From a virus, in IMG/VR virus record IMGVR_UViG_3300032289_001431, positions 8,532 to 72,531 of that record: a stretch of 64,000 nucleotides of DNA. One strand, given 5' to 3'. Shown in pieces: positions 39,957 through 49,788 of this stretch (positions within the stretch are counted from its first letter, which is position 1; each line of letters starts with the position of its first letter). The notes beneath the pieces are model-generated. The model was not told where the DNA came from, searched no databases, and saw only the letters and a list, made by a program, of their open reading frames with translations. The position numbers and the translations under genes were made by a program.

Positions 39957-40655
39957 TTATCTTAATCCTATAAAAGATCCACTAGAACCATCTAAAATAG
40001 AATATCTATCATAAATAAATTTAACATCACTGTATCTCAATCCTTCTTCAGTGTAAGAATAAGTTTCACCTGCTATGTTTATTGGAGCCGCATTATAAAA
40101 TCTATATATTTTCCTTATTCCCATTTGTTTATCAGCACCAGTTTTTGCATACATTGTAACATCTATAGTTGATGCTTTTACTCTTTTATTACTATTTGCG
40201 TTTCTAGCTACCAAACCATTATAACTAACCATTATAATCCAAGGTCTTATTATAAAATCTAAAAACGATGCATTCGTCTCAAGCATAGTTATATTTAAAG
40301 TTTCATATTTGCCTCTAGTGTTCGAGGTGGCTGGTGGTAAAAAACCAGCATAATCTAAACCTATGTTGCCAGCGTCTACAGATTCTCCGGGAAGTTGTAC
40401 TTGTCTTGCAAAAACACAACCCATCATGTTTTCAGATGAACGTTGTAATCCACCATCTAATAAAGTAGTTATTACTGAATTATTAAGTTTCCATTCGGTT
40501 GGTTCTCTTTGTTTAATAACATTTTGTATATTATTAAATAAACTATTAACGTTATCAAAATTAATAGTCACCATCCATTGACTAGCTAACGCAATCGCTG
40601 TAGGCCATTCGCCTAAAAGCTGTAAATAATACTCGTAAGGACTACCTTGTGGCAT
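39957..40655 (-). CDS. Tail tube-like/initiator protein (gp54-like)
   Basis: VQLPGE, LNITMLETN, PW, YRFYNAAPINI, V.F.Y. Confidence 0.6.
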   Translation of the reverse strand: MPQGSPYEYYLQLLGEWPTAIALASQWMVTINFDNVNSLFNNIQNVIKQREPTEWKLNNSVITTLLDGGLQRSSENMMGCVFARQVQLPGESVDAGNIGLDYAGFLPPATSNTRGKYETLNITMLETNASFLDFIIRPWIIMVSYNGLVARNANSNKRVKASTIDVTMYAKTGADKQMGIRKIYRFYNAAPINIAGETYSYTEEGLRYSDVKFIYDRYSILDGSSGSFIGLR

Positions 40656-40686
40656 AATAATATTTATGCCACAAGGTCAAATAATA

Positions 40687-41226
40687 TTAAGTTAATCTCC
40701 AATATTGATAAGCGATAGTAGCTTGTTGTTCAAGAACTTCACCAGCGGATGTAAGATTAACCGTTAAATCGCCAACAGCTTGACAATATGCACCATACAA
40801 TGTGTAAATTCTGAGAGGAGTACCAGCTTTATCTAAAAGGGCTAATACGATTTGACCTTGAACACCTTTATTTGGTATGCTGTACGCACCTGTGCTAGTA
40901 CGATCATCAAAAACATATTTCGTCCAATCTTCAAATTTAGCACGAACCGAAAGATTAGAAGGAACTCTAAATGTAATTTGCCATCCAGCACTATTTGGAT
41001 AATTTGCAGTTCCGGGAACGTTGAATGAAAGTCCCATGAAAGGAACCGGAACGTTTGTGATCGCTCTACCCGGTATAGTTGTTGATGTTACATAAAGTAA
41101 CTCTTGTTGTGAAAAGTTTGTACCTCCAAGAGCAAGAACTCTGAAAAGATTTTGACGAGCAAAATCGTTAACAATAGCTGTGTCGTAGAAGTTTTCTATA
41201 CCTTGTGTGTCGAATAATCCTGCCAT
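40687..41226 (-). CDS. gp19: Tail tube protein
   Basis: ARQNLFRV, TTIPG, VPFMG, WQITF, R.KFEDW, LDKAG...YTLYGAY, IAYQYW; follows sheath. Confidence 0.85.
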   Translation of the reverse strand: MAGLFDTQGIENFYDTAIVNDFARQNLFRVLALGGTNFSQQELLYVTSTTIPGRAITNVPVPFMGLSFNVPGTANYPNSAGWQITFRVPSNLSVRAKFEDWTKYVFDDRTSTGAYSIPNKGVQGQIVLALLDKAGTPLRIYTLYGAYCQAVGDLTVNLTSAGEVLEQQATIAYQYWRLT

Positions 41227-41278
41227 AATTGTATTAATATTTATCCCTGTGAGTATGCATTAATTTATATTTTTTAAA

Positions 41279-43798
41279 TTATGCTTGTCCTCCAGAAATT
41301 AATTCTGTAAAATTAACACCAGTTCTTGTTGCTATAAAGTCAGCTAAAATAAATTCAGCGGCTCTTACAGGTTGAATGTAAATTGAAATTTTCAATTCAT
41401 TATTATCAATAACGTCAGGTGTATTGTTTGTTGTGTCGCAAACTAAAAGATAATCATAACAACCTTCATTAAGTCTGGCTTGATCGAAGATTGGCGTTAA
41501 TGCACCTTTCAAACGATTTCTGGTTGCAAAACTATTTGGTTCAAACACATAGTATTTTAAAAGTCTTTGTGTTTCTTTTTCTAATGTTAAGAATAATTTA
41601 CGAACATTAATTCTATCAAAAGCTGAAGGCTTACGATACATTGTTTTTTGACCATAGATTACAAAACCATCTTGATTAAAGAATGCAATTGGGTTTACAT
41701 TTATTTTATAAAGTAAATCTCTTTGTTTTTGTGTTGGATTTACACCAATATCTAAAACATTTACCAACGATCCTCTGGTGAATCCAGCAGGTGCTATCCA
41801 AGGATATGCTTGTTGTGCAGTTTTTGCCATTACAGCAGCAGCATAACCAGAAGAAGGAATCCATACTGGTGTGCTCGTAAACACATCATTGAATTGAATC
41901 CAGTTGCCATATGTCGCAACATAACTGCTTTGAATGCTATTGTAAATATTGTTCAAAGGCCAGTATATTTGATTTGAAAAGTTATAATCTTTTCTAGAAC
42001 TCATTTTACGATTGCTTCCTCTTACGAAGATTTGTCTAAGTGGATCAGATATGAAAACGTGATCTTTTCTTGCGTCTGCAAATGCGACAAATTGTGATGT
42101 AATTGCACTATAAGCATCATAAGTCACACCAGTAGGAACCGTGTTAACTTGGGTATTTGATATACCACTCGTATAATCAATATCATATGGTGTATATGTC
42201 TCATCATAAGTATAAGTTCCATCGCTTATAATAGATGGGTCTAAAGATTTAGCCTTTGCGCCAGCCCAAATTGTCGATAATCCAGCATCAGCAATAATAT
42301 CAATATTTGTTGTATCATCGTTCGAAAGAATTGTTAAAAGTCTTGCAAGTTTTCTATCAACTTGTCCCAATTCTTGGGTATTGTTTAAACCCGTAACGTT
42401 CAAATAAACACCAGTTGAGTGAGCATTTCTTGCTTCTTCTTTAAGTCTTACTGTTTTGGTTGGTAATCCATTCGAATTTACCCAATCAGTGGCTGATGAT
42501 ATATAAGGATTCGTAATAACTTTTAAGTTAGGAGATTTATTATTAACTACATTATCCAAGAAGAATGAAACTGGAGTTCCGCCATATATATTATTTTGTG
42601 TTCTGTTTGCATTAAGCGAACCAGTGTATACTTCAGATACACCATAATCTAAGATAATAGTATCTTGACCATATTGTGTTGATCTGAGATTGAATAACAT
42701 TACTACTAAACTATCATCAAATGAATTTGATGAAAAATCATATCCAGCTGGATAATTTTCAATTATCTTTGAAATGCTATCTCTACCAAAAGCTGTTGCG
42801 GCTTGAGTTAAAGAGAAGTTAAGTCTTGATGTTGGGATTTGAACAAAAGTTTGTAAATCATCATTATTACCATGTACAGATTTAATACCTCTAATAGCAT
42901 TGAATGTAGTTGTTGGGTTATGATTTGAATTGTCATTAACTGCTACGTAATATCCTTCATAAAGATTATTAATAGCGGTTTTTGATGTATTTATAATAAT
43001 CAAACCAGCATTACCGATATCATTAGCATCGTTAATAGGTTGATTTGGAACTGGATTCCAGTTAATATTATTTGTAACAATATCATTATATTGATCATCA
43101 GATAAAAGAACCGATACGGGTGTACCTAATTGATAAGAAGTACTTGTAGCATAAGCACCATTACCACCCGAATAACCAACAACTCCAATTTCTATATTAT
43201 TTATATTAGCAGGTGTAACAGGAGTACCACCTATTAATTCAACATTTGGCAGTTGGATATAACCACGACCAGCATCGTCAATGACAATTTCTGTTATAAC
43301 GCCACTCTCATTTATTACAGCATGTGCTTTAGCTGGAAATTCAGGTTCAATACCGTTTTCACCACCACCTTGAATAGAAACGTCAGGTGCTACTACGTAA
43401 CCTGCACCATAATCATCTAATTCTATTTTTGTAAGACCCGTAATAGCAGGATTAAGTGTTGTTGTAGTTTCGATTGAATATGCTAATGCGCTATATGAAT
43501 TTGCATATCCTTCACCAGCACCAGAACCATATGGCATTCTGGAAACTAAAAGATTTGCAGGAGATTGATTTAAAATTTGTTTAGCACTATAATATAAATA
43601 TCTTTCTGCTGCATTTGTGGGTGTTCCGTAAATGCTTTCAAATTCAGAAATACTTCCAATGTTCACTAAATCTTCGGTTGGACCTTGTGGTGAAAATCCA
43701 GTTATAAGTATATCAGTAGCTCCAAGTGGTCTAGTTGTAAGACTAAGATCAACTTCATTAATTTGAACTCCCGGTGATGTTATGGTTAAAGTAGACAT
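41279..43798 (-). CDS. gp18: Contractile tail sheath protein
   Basis: SPGVQINEVDLS, PWIAPAGFTRG, RDLLYK.NVNPI, GQKT, SAFDRINVRKLF, FEPN, CDTTNNTPDVIDNNE, QPVRAAEFI. Confidence 0.95.
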   Translation of the reverse strand: MSTLTITSPGVQINEVDLSLTTRPLGATDILITGFSPQGPTEDLVNIGSISEFESIYGTPTNAAERYLYYSAKQILNQSPANLLVSRMPYGSGAGEGYANSYSALAYSIETTTTLNPAITGLTKIELDDYGAGYVVAPDVSIQGGGENGIEPEFPAKAHAVINESGVITEIVIDDAGRGYIQLPNVELIGGTPVTPANINNIEIGVVGYSGGNGAYATSTSYQLGTPVSVLLSDDQYNDIVTNNINWNPVPNQPINDANDIGNAGLIIINTSKTAINNLYEGYYVAVNDNSNHNPTTTFNAIRGIKSVHGNNDDLQTFVQIPTSRLNFSLTQAATAFGRDSISKIIENYPAGYDFSSNSFDDSLVVMLFNLRSTQYGQDTIILDYGVSEVYTGSLNANRTQNNIYGGTPVSFFLDNVVNNKSPNLKVITNPYISSATDWVNSNGLPTKTVRLKEEARNAHSTGVYLNVTGLNNTQELGQVDRKLARLLTILSNDDTTNIDIIADAGLSTIWAGAKAKSLDPSIISDGTYTYDETYTPYDIDYTSGISNTQVNTVPTGVTYDAYSAITSQFVAFADARKDHVFISDPLRQIFVRGSNRKMSSRKDYNFSNQIYWPLNNIYNSIQSSYVATYGNWIQFNDVFTSTPVWIPSSGYAAAVMAKTAQQAYPWIAPAGFTRGSLVNVLDIGVNPTQKQRDLLYKINVNPIAFFNQDGFVIYGQKTMYRKPSAFDRINVRKLFLTLEKETQRLLKYYVFEPNSFATRNRLKGALTPIFDQARLNEGCYDYLLVCDTTNNTPDVIDNNELKISIYIQPVRAAEFILADFIATRTGVNFTELISGGQA

Positions 43799-43876
43799 AT
43801 TTTCTAATACTATTTACCTTTATTTTTTACCATTTTTAAGTTTTTTATTTTATGATCATCTAGAATAAGTAATAAT

Positions 43877-44152
43877 ATGAACAAATATGATATATTAGTA
43901 TCTAACTTATTGAATGAAGCCAATTGTACAAAAGTAACAGGAAAAACATCTTCCACATCAAAAGGTAAGAAATGGATGAAGTGTGTTAAAAACCCTAAAG
44001 GCGGATATAAAAGAATTCATTGGGGTCAAAAGGGAGTAAGAGTTACAGGTAAATCTGGAAATACAAAACGTAAAAAATCTTTCAGAGCAAGACATAAATG
44101 TTCTTCAGCAAAACCCGGAACACCAAGATATCAAGCTTGTAAAGATTGGTAA
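43877..44152 (+). CDS. Small basic protein, putative internal head protein
   Basis: MNKYD..V..LLNE leader, RKKSFRARHKC, TAAGTA upstream. Confidence 0.7.
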   Translation: MNKYDILVSNLLNEANCTKVTGKTSSTSKGKKWMKCVKNPKGGYKRIHWGQKGVRVTGKSGNTKRKKSFRARHKCSSAKPGTPRYQACKDW

Positions 44153-44173
44153 ACCACGATAAGTAATAATGTA

Positions 44174-44596
44174 ATGAATAAATTTGATAACATTTTAAAA
44201 GATTATTTAAAAGAAGAAAACACTGCTACTAAAGTGTTTACATCACCACAGTTTCAAGATGTTATAGGAAGAACTTTAAAACAAGCAGGACCACTCGGTG
44301 ATAGCGTTAAAGCATTGGGTGCAACTTTATTGGGCGATCCACACGTTCAAGACTTTAATAGATTACTAGATCCTAAAAATACCGATTTTAAAACTGTAGA
44401 TGATTTTTTAAAAAAATATCCAGATTTAACAACAAGATTTACCGAATTAGGATTATATACTGTTCCAAAAAAACCAGAAGTTAGTACTAATAATGATGAC
44501 AATAATAACACAAACACCAATCAAAATGTAAAAAAACCAAATGAAACACAATCTACATCGACATTACAAGGTGTAGATTCTATGCAAGGGGTTTGA
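44174..44596 (+). CDS. Hypothetical protein, putative internal head protein
   Basis: MNKFDNILKDYLKEE leader, TAAGTA upstream. Confidence 0.6.
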   Translation: MNKFDNILKDYLKEENTATKVFTSPQFQDVIGRTLKQAGPLGDSVKALGATLLGDPHVQDFNRLLDPKNTDFKTVDDFLKKYPDLTTRFTELGLYTVPKKPEVSTNNDDNNNTNTNQNVKKPNETQSTSTLQGVDSMQGV

Positions 44597-44605
44597 TTGT
44601 GATTT

Positions 44606-45457
44606 ATGAGTAAAAAGAAACGTCCTATTAAAAATACAAATAAATTACAATCAAAAAAAATTCGTAATGTAAATTCATTAGATGATGGTGGAAAACAAAA
44701 TGATAATTCGCCTTATGTTTTTCAAAGAGATAAAATTTCTTTTGATTTAACAATTAAAAATTTACCTTGGTCTGAAAAACAAAAAGAAATTATATCAAAA
44801 TTTTTAGATAAAAATACAAAAGTTCTCTTCCTTAAAGGACCAGCAGGTACAAGTAAAACAACACTTGCAATGTATTGTGGATTAACTCTACTTAATATGA
44901 AAAGAGTTTCTGATATGGTTCTTGTAAGGTCAGCGGTTGAATCGTCTGATTCTAAATTAGGATTTTTACCGGGAACTCTTGATGAAAAAATTGCAGTATA
45001 TCTTACGCCTTTTCATGATAAATTTGAAGAATTGCTTTGTTATGCTCAATTAGACAAACTTCAAAAAGATAATCGTTTAACTATATGTCCAATAAATTTT
45101 GCAAGAGGATTACATTTTTCTGCAAAATTTGTATGTGCGGATGAAGTTCAAAATTTTTCTAAAAAGGAAATTCACACGTTAATGAGTCGTATTGGTGAAT
45201 TTTCAAAAGTGTTTTTATGCGGAGATCCAGATCAATCGGATCTCCCATATGGAAAATCAGGGTTTACTAAAGTTTTTGATTTGTTTAATACAGATGAAGC
45301 AAAAGCACAGGGTATTTTTTGTATGGAATTAACAGAAGATGATATTGTTCGTTCTGAACTCTGTAGATTCATTACACACAAATTTAAAGAATTATATGTT
45401 TCAGAACAACCTAAACATGATAATAAAGATAATTGGAAACCATCAGAAGGTAAGTAA
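44606..45457 (+). CDS. phoH: PhoH-family ATPase
   Basis: GPAGTSKT, RSAVE, LGFLPG, ARG, DEVQN, RIG..SK...GDPDQSD, DIVRS. Confidence 0.92.
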   Translation: MSKKKRPIKNTNKLQSKKIRNVNSLDDGGKQNDNSPYVFQRDKISFDLTIKNLPWSEKQKEIISKFLDKNTKVLFLKGPAGTSKTTLAMYCGLTLLNMKRVSDMVLVRSAVESSDSKLGFLPGTLDEKIAVYLTPFHDKFEELLCYAQLDKLQKDNRLTICPINFARGLHFSAKFVCADEVQNFSKKEIHTLMSRIGEFSKVFLCGDPDQSDLPYGKSGFTKVFDLFNTDEAKAQGIFCMELTEDDIVRSELCRFITHKFKELYVSEQPKHDNKDNWKPSEGK

Positions 45458-45466
45458 GTATATATT

Positions 45467-45649
45467 ATGAATAATACTCCGCAATATCAAACATTAGAAA
45501 ATCGTCCAATTGCTTGTAATTTTTGTGGTGCCACGGTACAAGGAAGAATAACTGAAAAGAAAAATCCTAAAACACAAGAAGTAGTTAAAGAATGTCGTTG
45601 GACATGCAGCCGTTGTAATAATTTATCTAAAATTGGAAACGTAAAATAA
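45467..45649 (+). CDS. Zinc-ribbon protein
   Basis: CNFC...CSRC; TAAGTA upstream. Confidence 0.65.
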   Translation: MNNTPQYQTLENRPIACNFCGATVQGRITEKKNPKTQEVVKECRWTCSRCNNLSKIGNVK

Positions 45650-46159
45650 ATGGATTTTACAAAGCTAGTTGAAGAAATCTACAACGGTGGGGGTGGTAAC
45701 TATCCTGCGTATAATTCACCAGCAAGAAAAGATTTTGCACCCATGTCTGGGTCTAAAACCGGAAGCTATGACTATCCTTATCAAAATAGTGGAACAGCTG
45801 GTGATTTAACAACGCCAGATCCCGATAGTATTGTAAATTTCCCATGGCCTTTGCAAACCGTAACTACCGATTTTGCAGATAGTTTTGTGTTATTGATGAC
45901 AGGTATCAGTAAAATGTCACAATGTATAAAACAAAACCCATCATTACAAAAAACAACTAAACATGATTTAATTGAATTGTTTAAAAAATCAAAACAAGCA
46001 TTAGCTATAATAAAAGAAGTTGGATTGTCTTTGGAAAAACTTAACATGTCAGGTCCACAACCTAGTCAAAATCCTATACCAAACACTCCAGATCAAAGAA
46101 TTAACCCATCAAGTATTCCAAATATTAATACAACAGTTGTTATAAAATTACCAACATAA
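45650..46159 (+). CDS. Hypothetical protein
   Basis: 169 aa, MDFTKLVEEI leader. Confidence 0.6.
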   Translation: MDFTKLVEEIYNGGGGNYPAYNSPARKDFAPMSGSKTGSYDYPYQNSGTAGDLTTPDPDSIVNFPWPLQTVTTDFADSFVLLMTGISKMSQCIKQNPSLQKTTKHDLIELFKKSKQALAIIKEVGLSLEKLNMSGPQPSQNPIPNTPDQRINPSSIPNINTTVVIKLPT

Positions 46160-46201
46160 AATATATTGACATGTTATTTTTGTTATGTTATATTCTTATA
46201 A

Positions 46202-46624
46202 ATGGAAAAGAATAATTTAAAAAATATTATTAAATCCACTTCGATAGTAATAATAATATCAGCTATCGGTGCTTTAGGATTATATTTATTTAATATAAAT
46301 TTTTGGGCATCGTTTTTATTATTGTTTGTATTGCAATACGTTGTTTTTTCTTTTGTAAGCAGCACTATAAATAATTTTTATATACAAAAAACAAGACAAA
46401 AAGAACTTGATACTCTTGAACCATTATCAACATTTTTAGAATGTGCATATTGCAAAAATGTCAATCTGATGACATTTTTACCAGATCAAACTGAACGAAT
46501 AGAGTTTGAATGTGTAAAATGTAATAAAAAAAACCTAGTGAATATTTCTTTTAACGTTGCAAGATTAACAGAATCTGTTAATATTCCTGATATAGCTAGA
46601 ATACCTTTAATTGATGAAAAATAA
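46202..46624 (+). CDS. Membrane protein with zinc ribbon
   Basis: Two hydrophobic helices then CAYC...CVKC; promoter TTGACA-N17-TATATT. Confidence 0.7.
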   Translation: MEKNNLKNIIKSTSIVIIISAIGALGLYLFNINFWASFLLLFVLQYVVFSFVSSTINNFYIQKTRQKELDTLEPLSTFLECAYCKNVNLMTFLPDQTERIEFECVKCNKKNLVNISFNVARLTESVNIPDIARIPLIDEK

Positions 46625-46910
46625 TAATAAAAATTGGAAAGTAATTCACGAAGAATCATCCAGATGGGCTAGATGGATTTCTCTTTATGAAGCAGTTAAT
46701 TGTATTGCCGACAAAGCGGAAGAAAAAAAAATACCATTTTCTAAAATAGATTTGCCACCTTTGGCTATAATGAAATATATAAATTCAACAGAAAATTTAA
46801 TACTTAGAAAACTTTTAAAAAATGAATATAATATAGATATTTGTTTTGATGGTGATGATGAACAAACAATGTATAATTCTACATTACCAAAATTTAATGA
46901 AGATTTTTAA
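46614..46910 (+). CDS. Hypothetical protein
   Basis: About 98 aa overlapping upstream gene. Confidence 0.6.
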   Translation: MKNNNKNWKVIHEESSRWARWISLYEAVNCIADKAEEKKIPFSKIDLPPLAIMKYINSTENLILRKLLKNEYNIDICFDGDDEQTMYNSTLPKFNEDF

Positions 46911-47536
46911 TATTCACCGTAAATACTTGTATTACTACATGGATTTTCTTGTGGGTAATTAAAGTTAGAATCCGCAAGTTGTTCTAATTTATCGTTGTCG
47001 TTATTTGGAGTATTACCAATACCAGATCCGGGAGATCCATTTTCGAAACTGTATTCGTAGCGTCTCGCTTTGAAAAACCATACATAGTGACCACCTAAAG
47101 CGTTTAATTGAAATTCATCTATAACTTCCGTTAATTCATAAACAGTTGCGCCTCTTTTTGGATAATTGATACGATCACTGCCAAATTCTTTCAACATCAT
47201 TAAATCACCAGCTTTTGGTTCAGAAGAAAGACCATAAATTTTTGTAAAATGTTTTGGATGTATAACACCACTCATATCACTATCAGCTATAATTCCAAAT
47301 TTAGAAAGAAGATATGAATCATTAGTGACATTCAACAATACAATCATGTCTTTGCCTTGCCCAAAACCAGCATCCGGTTGTTCACCATATAGAACATTAA
47401 TACCCGATAAATTGGTTTGATTGTTGTAATATAAAACATCTTGACCATAAATGTTAATTTGTTCATACCACCATCCATCAAAATTGGATCTTTCGTTAGC
47501 GTTATAACCTTTGTTTAAAAATCTTAGCTGTTCCAT
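46907..47536 (-). CDS. Neck/head-completion protein (gp14-like)
   Basis: EQINIYGQDV.Y, LYGE, LLSKFGI, PKAGDL, YE.TEV, YVW. Confidence 0.75.
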   Translation of the reverse strand: MEQLRFLNKGYNANERSNFDGWWYEQINIYGQDVLYYNNQTNLSGINVLYGEQPDAGFGQGKDMIVLLNVTNDSYLLSKFGIIADSDMSGVIHPKHFTKIYGLSSEPKAGDLMMLKEFGSDRINYPKRGATVYELTEVIDEFQLNALGGHYVWFFKARRYEYSFENGSPGSGIGNTPNNDNDKLEQLADSNFNYPQENPCSNTSIYGEY

Positions 47537-47948
47537 GTTTTCCTCCTTTGTGTGTATATACTAAACAATAAACAGATTTTACCAAAGAATTGTTTGGTTT
47601 TATCATTTGTAAACTAACACCAGTTTGTTTTATTGCTTTTAATGGTTCTTCGTGAGTAGGACAGATTTTAAATTTTGACATTATTTCATTGGCTTCCAAT
47701 TCACCCAAACCGACATTTTTTTTCGTTTTCATACAAAGATCTATTTTAGGGTGAAGTGTTTTTTTAGGTTGTGATTGCGATTTAGCAACAAGATTATATT
47801 TTTGTCTATCATCCATGTTAATCACTCTACGTAAACGTTTGTGATGTTCGTTACCAGTATTGATACCAGATTTTAAATGTTTTTTCTCGCCACCACTTAA
47901 TTCTGGGCCATTTAAAAATTCTTTTAAAAAATATTCTTTGAATTTCAC
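47502..47948 (-). CDS. Hypothetical protein, putative internal head protein
   Basis: GTG start 5 nt after TAAGTA; (M)KFKEYFLKE leader. Confidence 0.6.
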   Translation of the reverse strand: MKFKEYFLKEFLNGPELSGGEKKHLKSGINTGNEHHKRLRRVINMDDRQKYNLVAKSQSQPKKTLHPKIDLCMKTKKNVGLGELEANEIMSKFKICPTHEEPLKAIKQTGVSLQMIKPNNSLVKSVYCLVYTHKGGKHGTAKIFKQRL

Positions 47949-47963
47949 AACTATACTTACAAT

Positions 47964-47992
47964 AAAAAACCCCACAGAAAGTGGGGTTTCTT
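47964..47992 (-). terminator. Intrinsic terminator
   Basis: AAACCCCAC-TTTCT-GTGGGGTTTTTT on - strand after 48016..48876. Confidence 0.8.
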
Positions 47993-48015
47993 ATTATACC
48001 AATTGGTAGAAGTTA

Positions 48016-48876
48016 TTAGTCTTGATCGAAGTGGGATTTACCAACTTTATCAACAGATCCAACGAGTTGCTTTTTGCTTTGTAATTTAGATATAGCACCT
48101 GATGTTGAGTGTGCTGTTAATTTACCAGAAAAACCCTTACCAGTGGATGGTGTTACGGCTTTCTTTTTTGTTACGGGAACTGCACCTTGAACTGTCATTT
48201 TTTTCTTTCCAATAAGTGTTTTTCCTTTTTCGGTGCTGAGTTCCGACATATCAGTGGCTTCACCGAAAGGCATTGCTCCGCTTTGTGACTCTTCTTCTTC
48301 ACCTTCTTCTGAATCACCAAATGCGTTTTCATCTTCTTCACCTTCGGATTCTTCACCCTCATATTCTTCTTCGCTTTCACCACCAAGAATATCACCAAGA
48401 ACAGAATAAAGTGCTTCAGCTACTTCACGATCAAGCGTAAATGATACTTGATCTTCACTCTCTTCGCTTTCTTCACCTTCAGTTTCACCGAATTCATCGG
48501 ATTCTTCACTTTCAGATGGTTCAAATGTGCTATCTTCTGGATTTTCAGTATCTGTTGAAAAATCCATAATACCTTCTTCTGAGATTATTTTATTAAAAAG
48601 TGTATCAAAAGGATTTACCGAATCATTAAGTTTTTTAGGAGTTCCATCGTTTTGTTTACTAGCTGTTAAATGTCCTTCAGCTTCTTTTGGATTTTCAACA
48701 TCTTCAGTTCCTTCGGAATCTTCCGGTCCTGTGTTTTTTTGGAATGTTGTTGCGTTTTTATCATCATGTCCAAAACTTTGCCCAATTTTGAGGTCAGTTT
48801 TGACTGTGCCTGATGATTGTAATTCGGCAACTGATTCGTTGACGATTTTTAAGTATGCGTTTGCTAATGGGTCCAT
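48016..48876 (-). CDS. Highly acidic protein with basic tail, putative prohead core/internal protein
   Basis: Long Glu/Asp tracts, repeated ..(V/I)xE sites, late motif upstream and own terminator. Confidence 0.65.
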   Translation of the reverse strand: MDPLANAYLKIVNESVAELQSSGTVKTDLKIGQSFGHDDKNATTFQKNTGPEDSEGTEDVENPKEAEGHLTASKQNDGTPKKLNDSVNPFDTLFNKIISEEGIMDFSTDTENPEDSTFEPSESEESDEFGETEGEESEESEDQVSFTLDREVAEALYSVLGDILGGESEEEYEGEESEGEEDENAFGDSEEGEEEESQSGAMPFGEATDMSELSTEKGKTLIGKKKMTVQGAVPVTKKKAVTPSTGKGFSGKLTAHSTSGAISKLQSKKQLVGSVDKVGKSHFDQD

Positions 48877-48930
48877 ATGTTGTAATAATATTTACTCTTG
48901 TGTTATTCCATTTCTATACTTTTTTTTATT

Positions 48931-49788
48931 TTACTTTATATTGTTTAAAATGATCTGAGCTTCTTTTTTTAAATTAAGAGCAGGTATTAGTTTATAATTG
49001 TCTAATCCAGCAACCCACACAACGTGTGATTCTTCTATTTCAAATGGAGAATTTTTTTCAAATAATAAACGATATAACCAAAGTTGTAAACTATATTTGA
49101 TTAATTCACAATTTTGCAAATGAGTAAATGGTTCATTTAAAGTATCACCTCTTGGGTTTTCTAATTTAATTTCTTTATTTGTTTTATAATCAAATATTGA
49201 TAGTTTTTTTGTTTTTTTATTATATGATAAATTATCAAGCGTTCCACATAAACCAGTTTCAACATCACCGATTACAAATTCAGATTTTATTAAAACGTGA
49301 TCTTGTTTCCACCATTCATAAAAATTTAAAAAATTATTGATAAGATGTGCCATTTCATTGTAATATAAATCAATATCTTTTTGCTCAAATATATTTTTAC
49401 TTTTTGCAAGAAAATTAATAAACGCTTCTTTATCTAAAGTAATTTTCCTTCGTTCCAAGAAATTTTCCACAAATAAATGAAATTCTGATCCCTTATGGCA
49501 AGAATAGTCTCTTTTATAATCCCATTCTTTAAGAACCTCATTTATAGTTTGGCCGTTTTTCTTAGCAACAAAACCAGCTACTTTTTCAGTTTCAAATGGC
49601 TTTTCATATTTTTTAATTGCACCTGATACCGATATTTTTGCAGGTTGATTGTTAATTGTATATTTATGGTTTTTTGCAAAAAATTTAATGTTTGCAAAAC
49701 ATTCATCTAAACATACTAAAGAATCAAAATTAAGCTTTTCCAAATCCAATAATTCGATCTGATTCTCCTTTTTTGTTTTTGTTTCCAT
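48931..49788 (-). CDS. PD-(D/E)XK exonuclease
   Basis: SVS..I, KGSEFH..E, SE, CGTLD, IFDYKT, YSLQL..Y. Confidence 0.8.
   Translation of the reverse strand: METKTKKENQIELLDLEKLNFDSLVCLDECFANIKFFAKNHKYTINNQPAKISVSGAIKKYEKPFETEKVAGFVAKKNGQTINEVLKEWDYKRDYSCHKGSEFHLFVENFLERRKITLDKEAFINFLAKSKNIFEQKDIDLYYNEMAHLINNFLNFYEWWKQDHVLIKSEFVIGDVETGLCGTLDNLSYNKKTKKLSIFDYKTNKEIKLENPRGDTLNEPFTHLQNCELIKYSLQLWLYRLLFEKNSPFEIEESHVVWVAGLDNYKLIPALNLKKEAQIILNNIK

Noticed and set aside
48931-49788. Cas4/CRISPR-associated nuclease
   Set aside because: Lacks the four-Cys Fe-S cluster pattern and any CRISPR context; an ordinary phage PD-(D/E)XK exonuclease.
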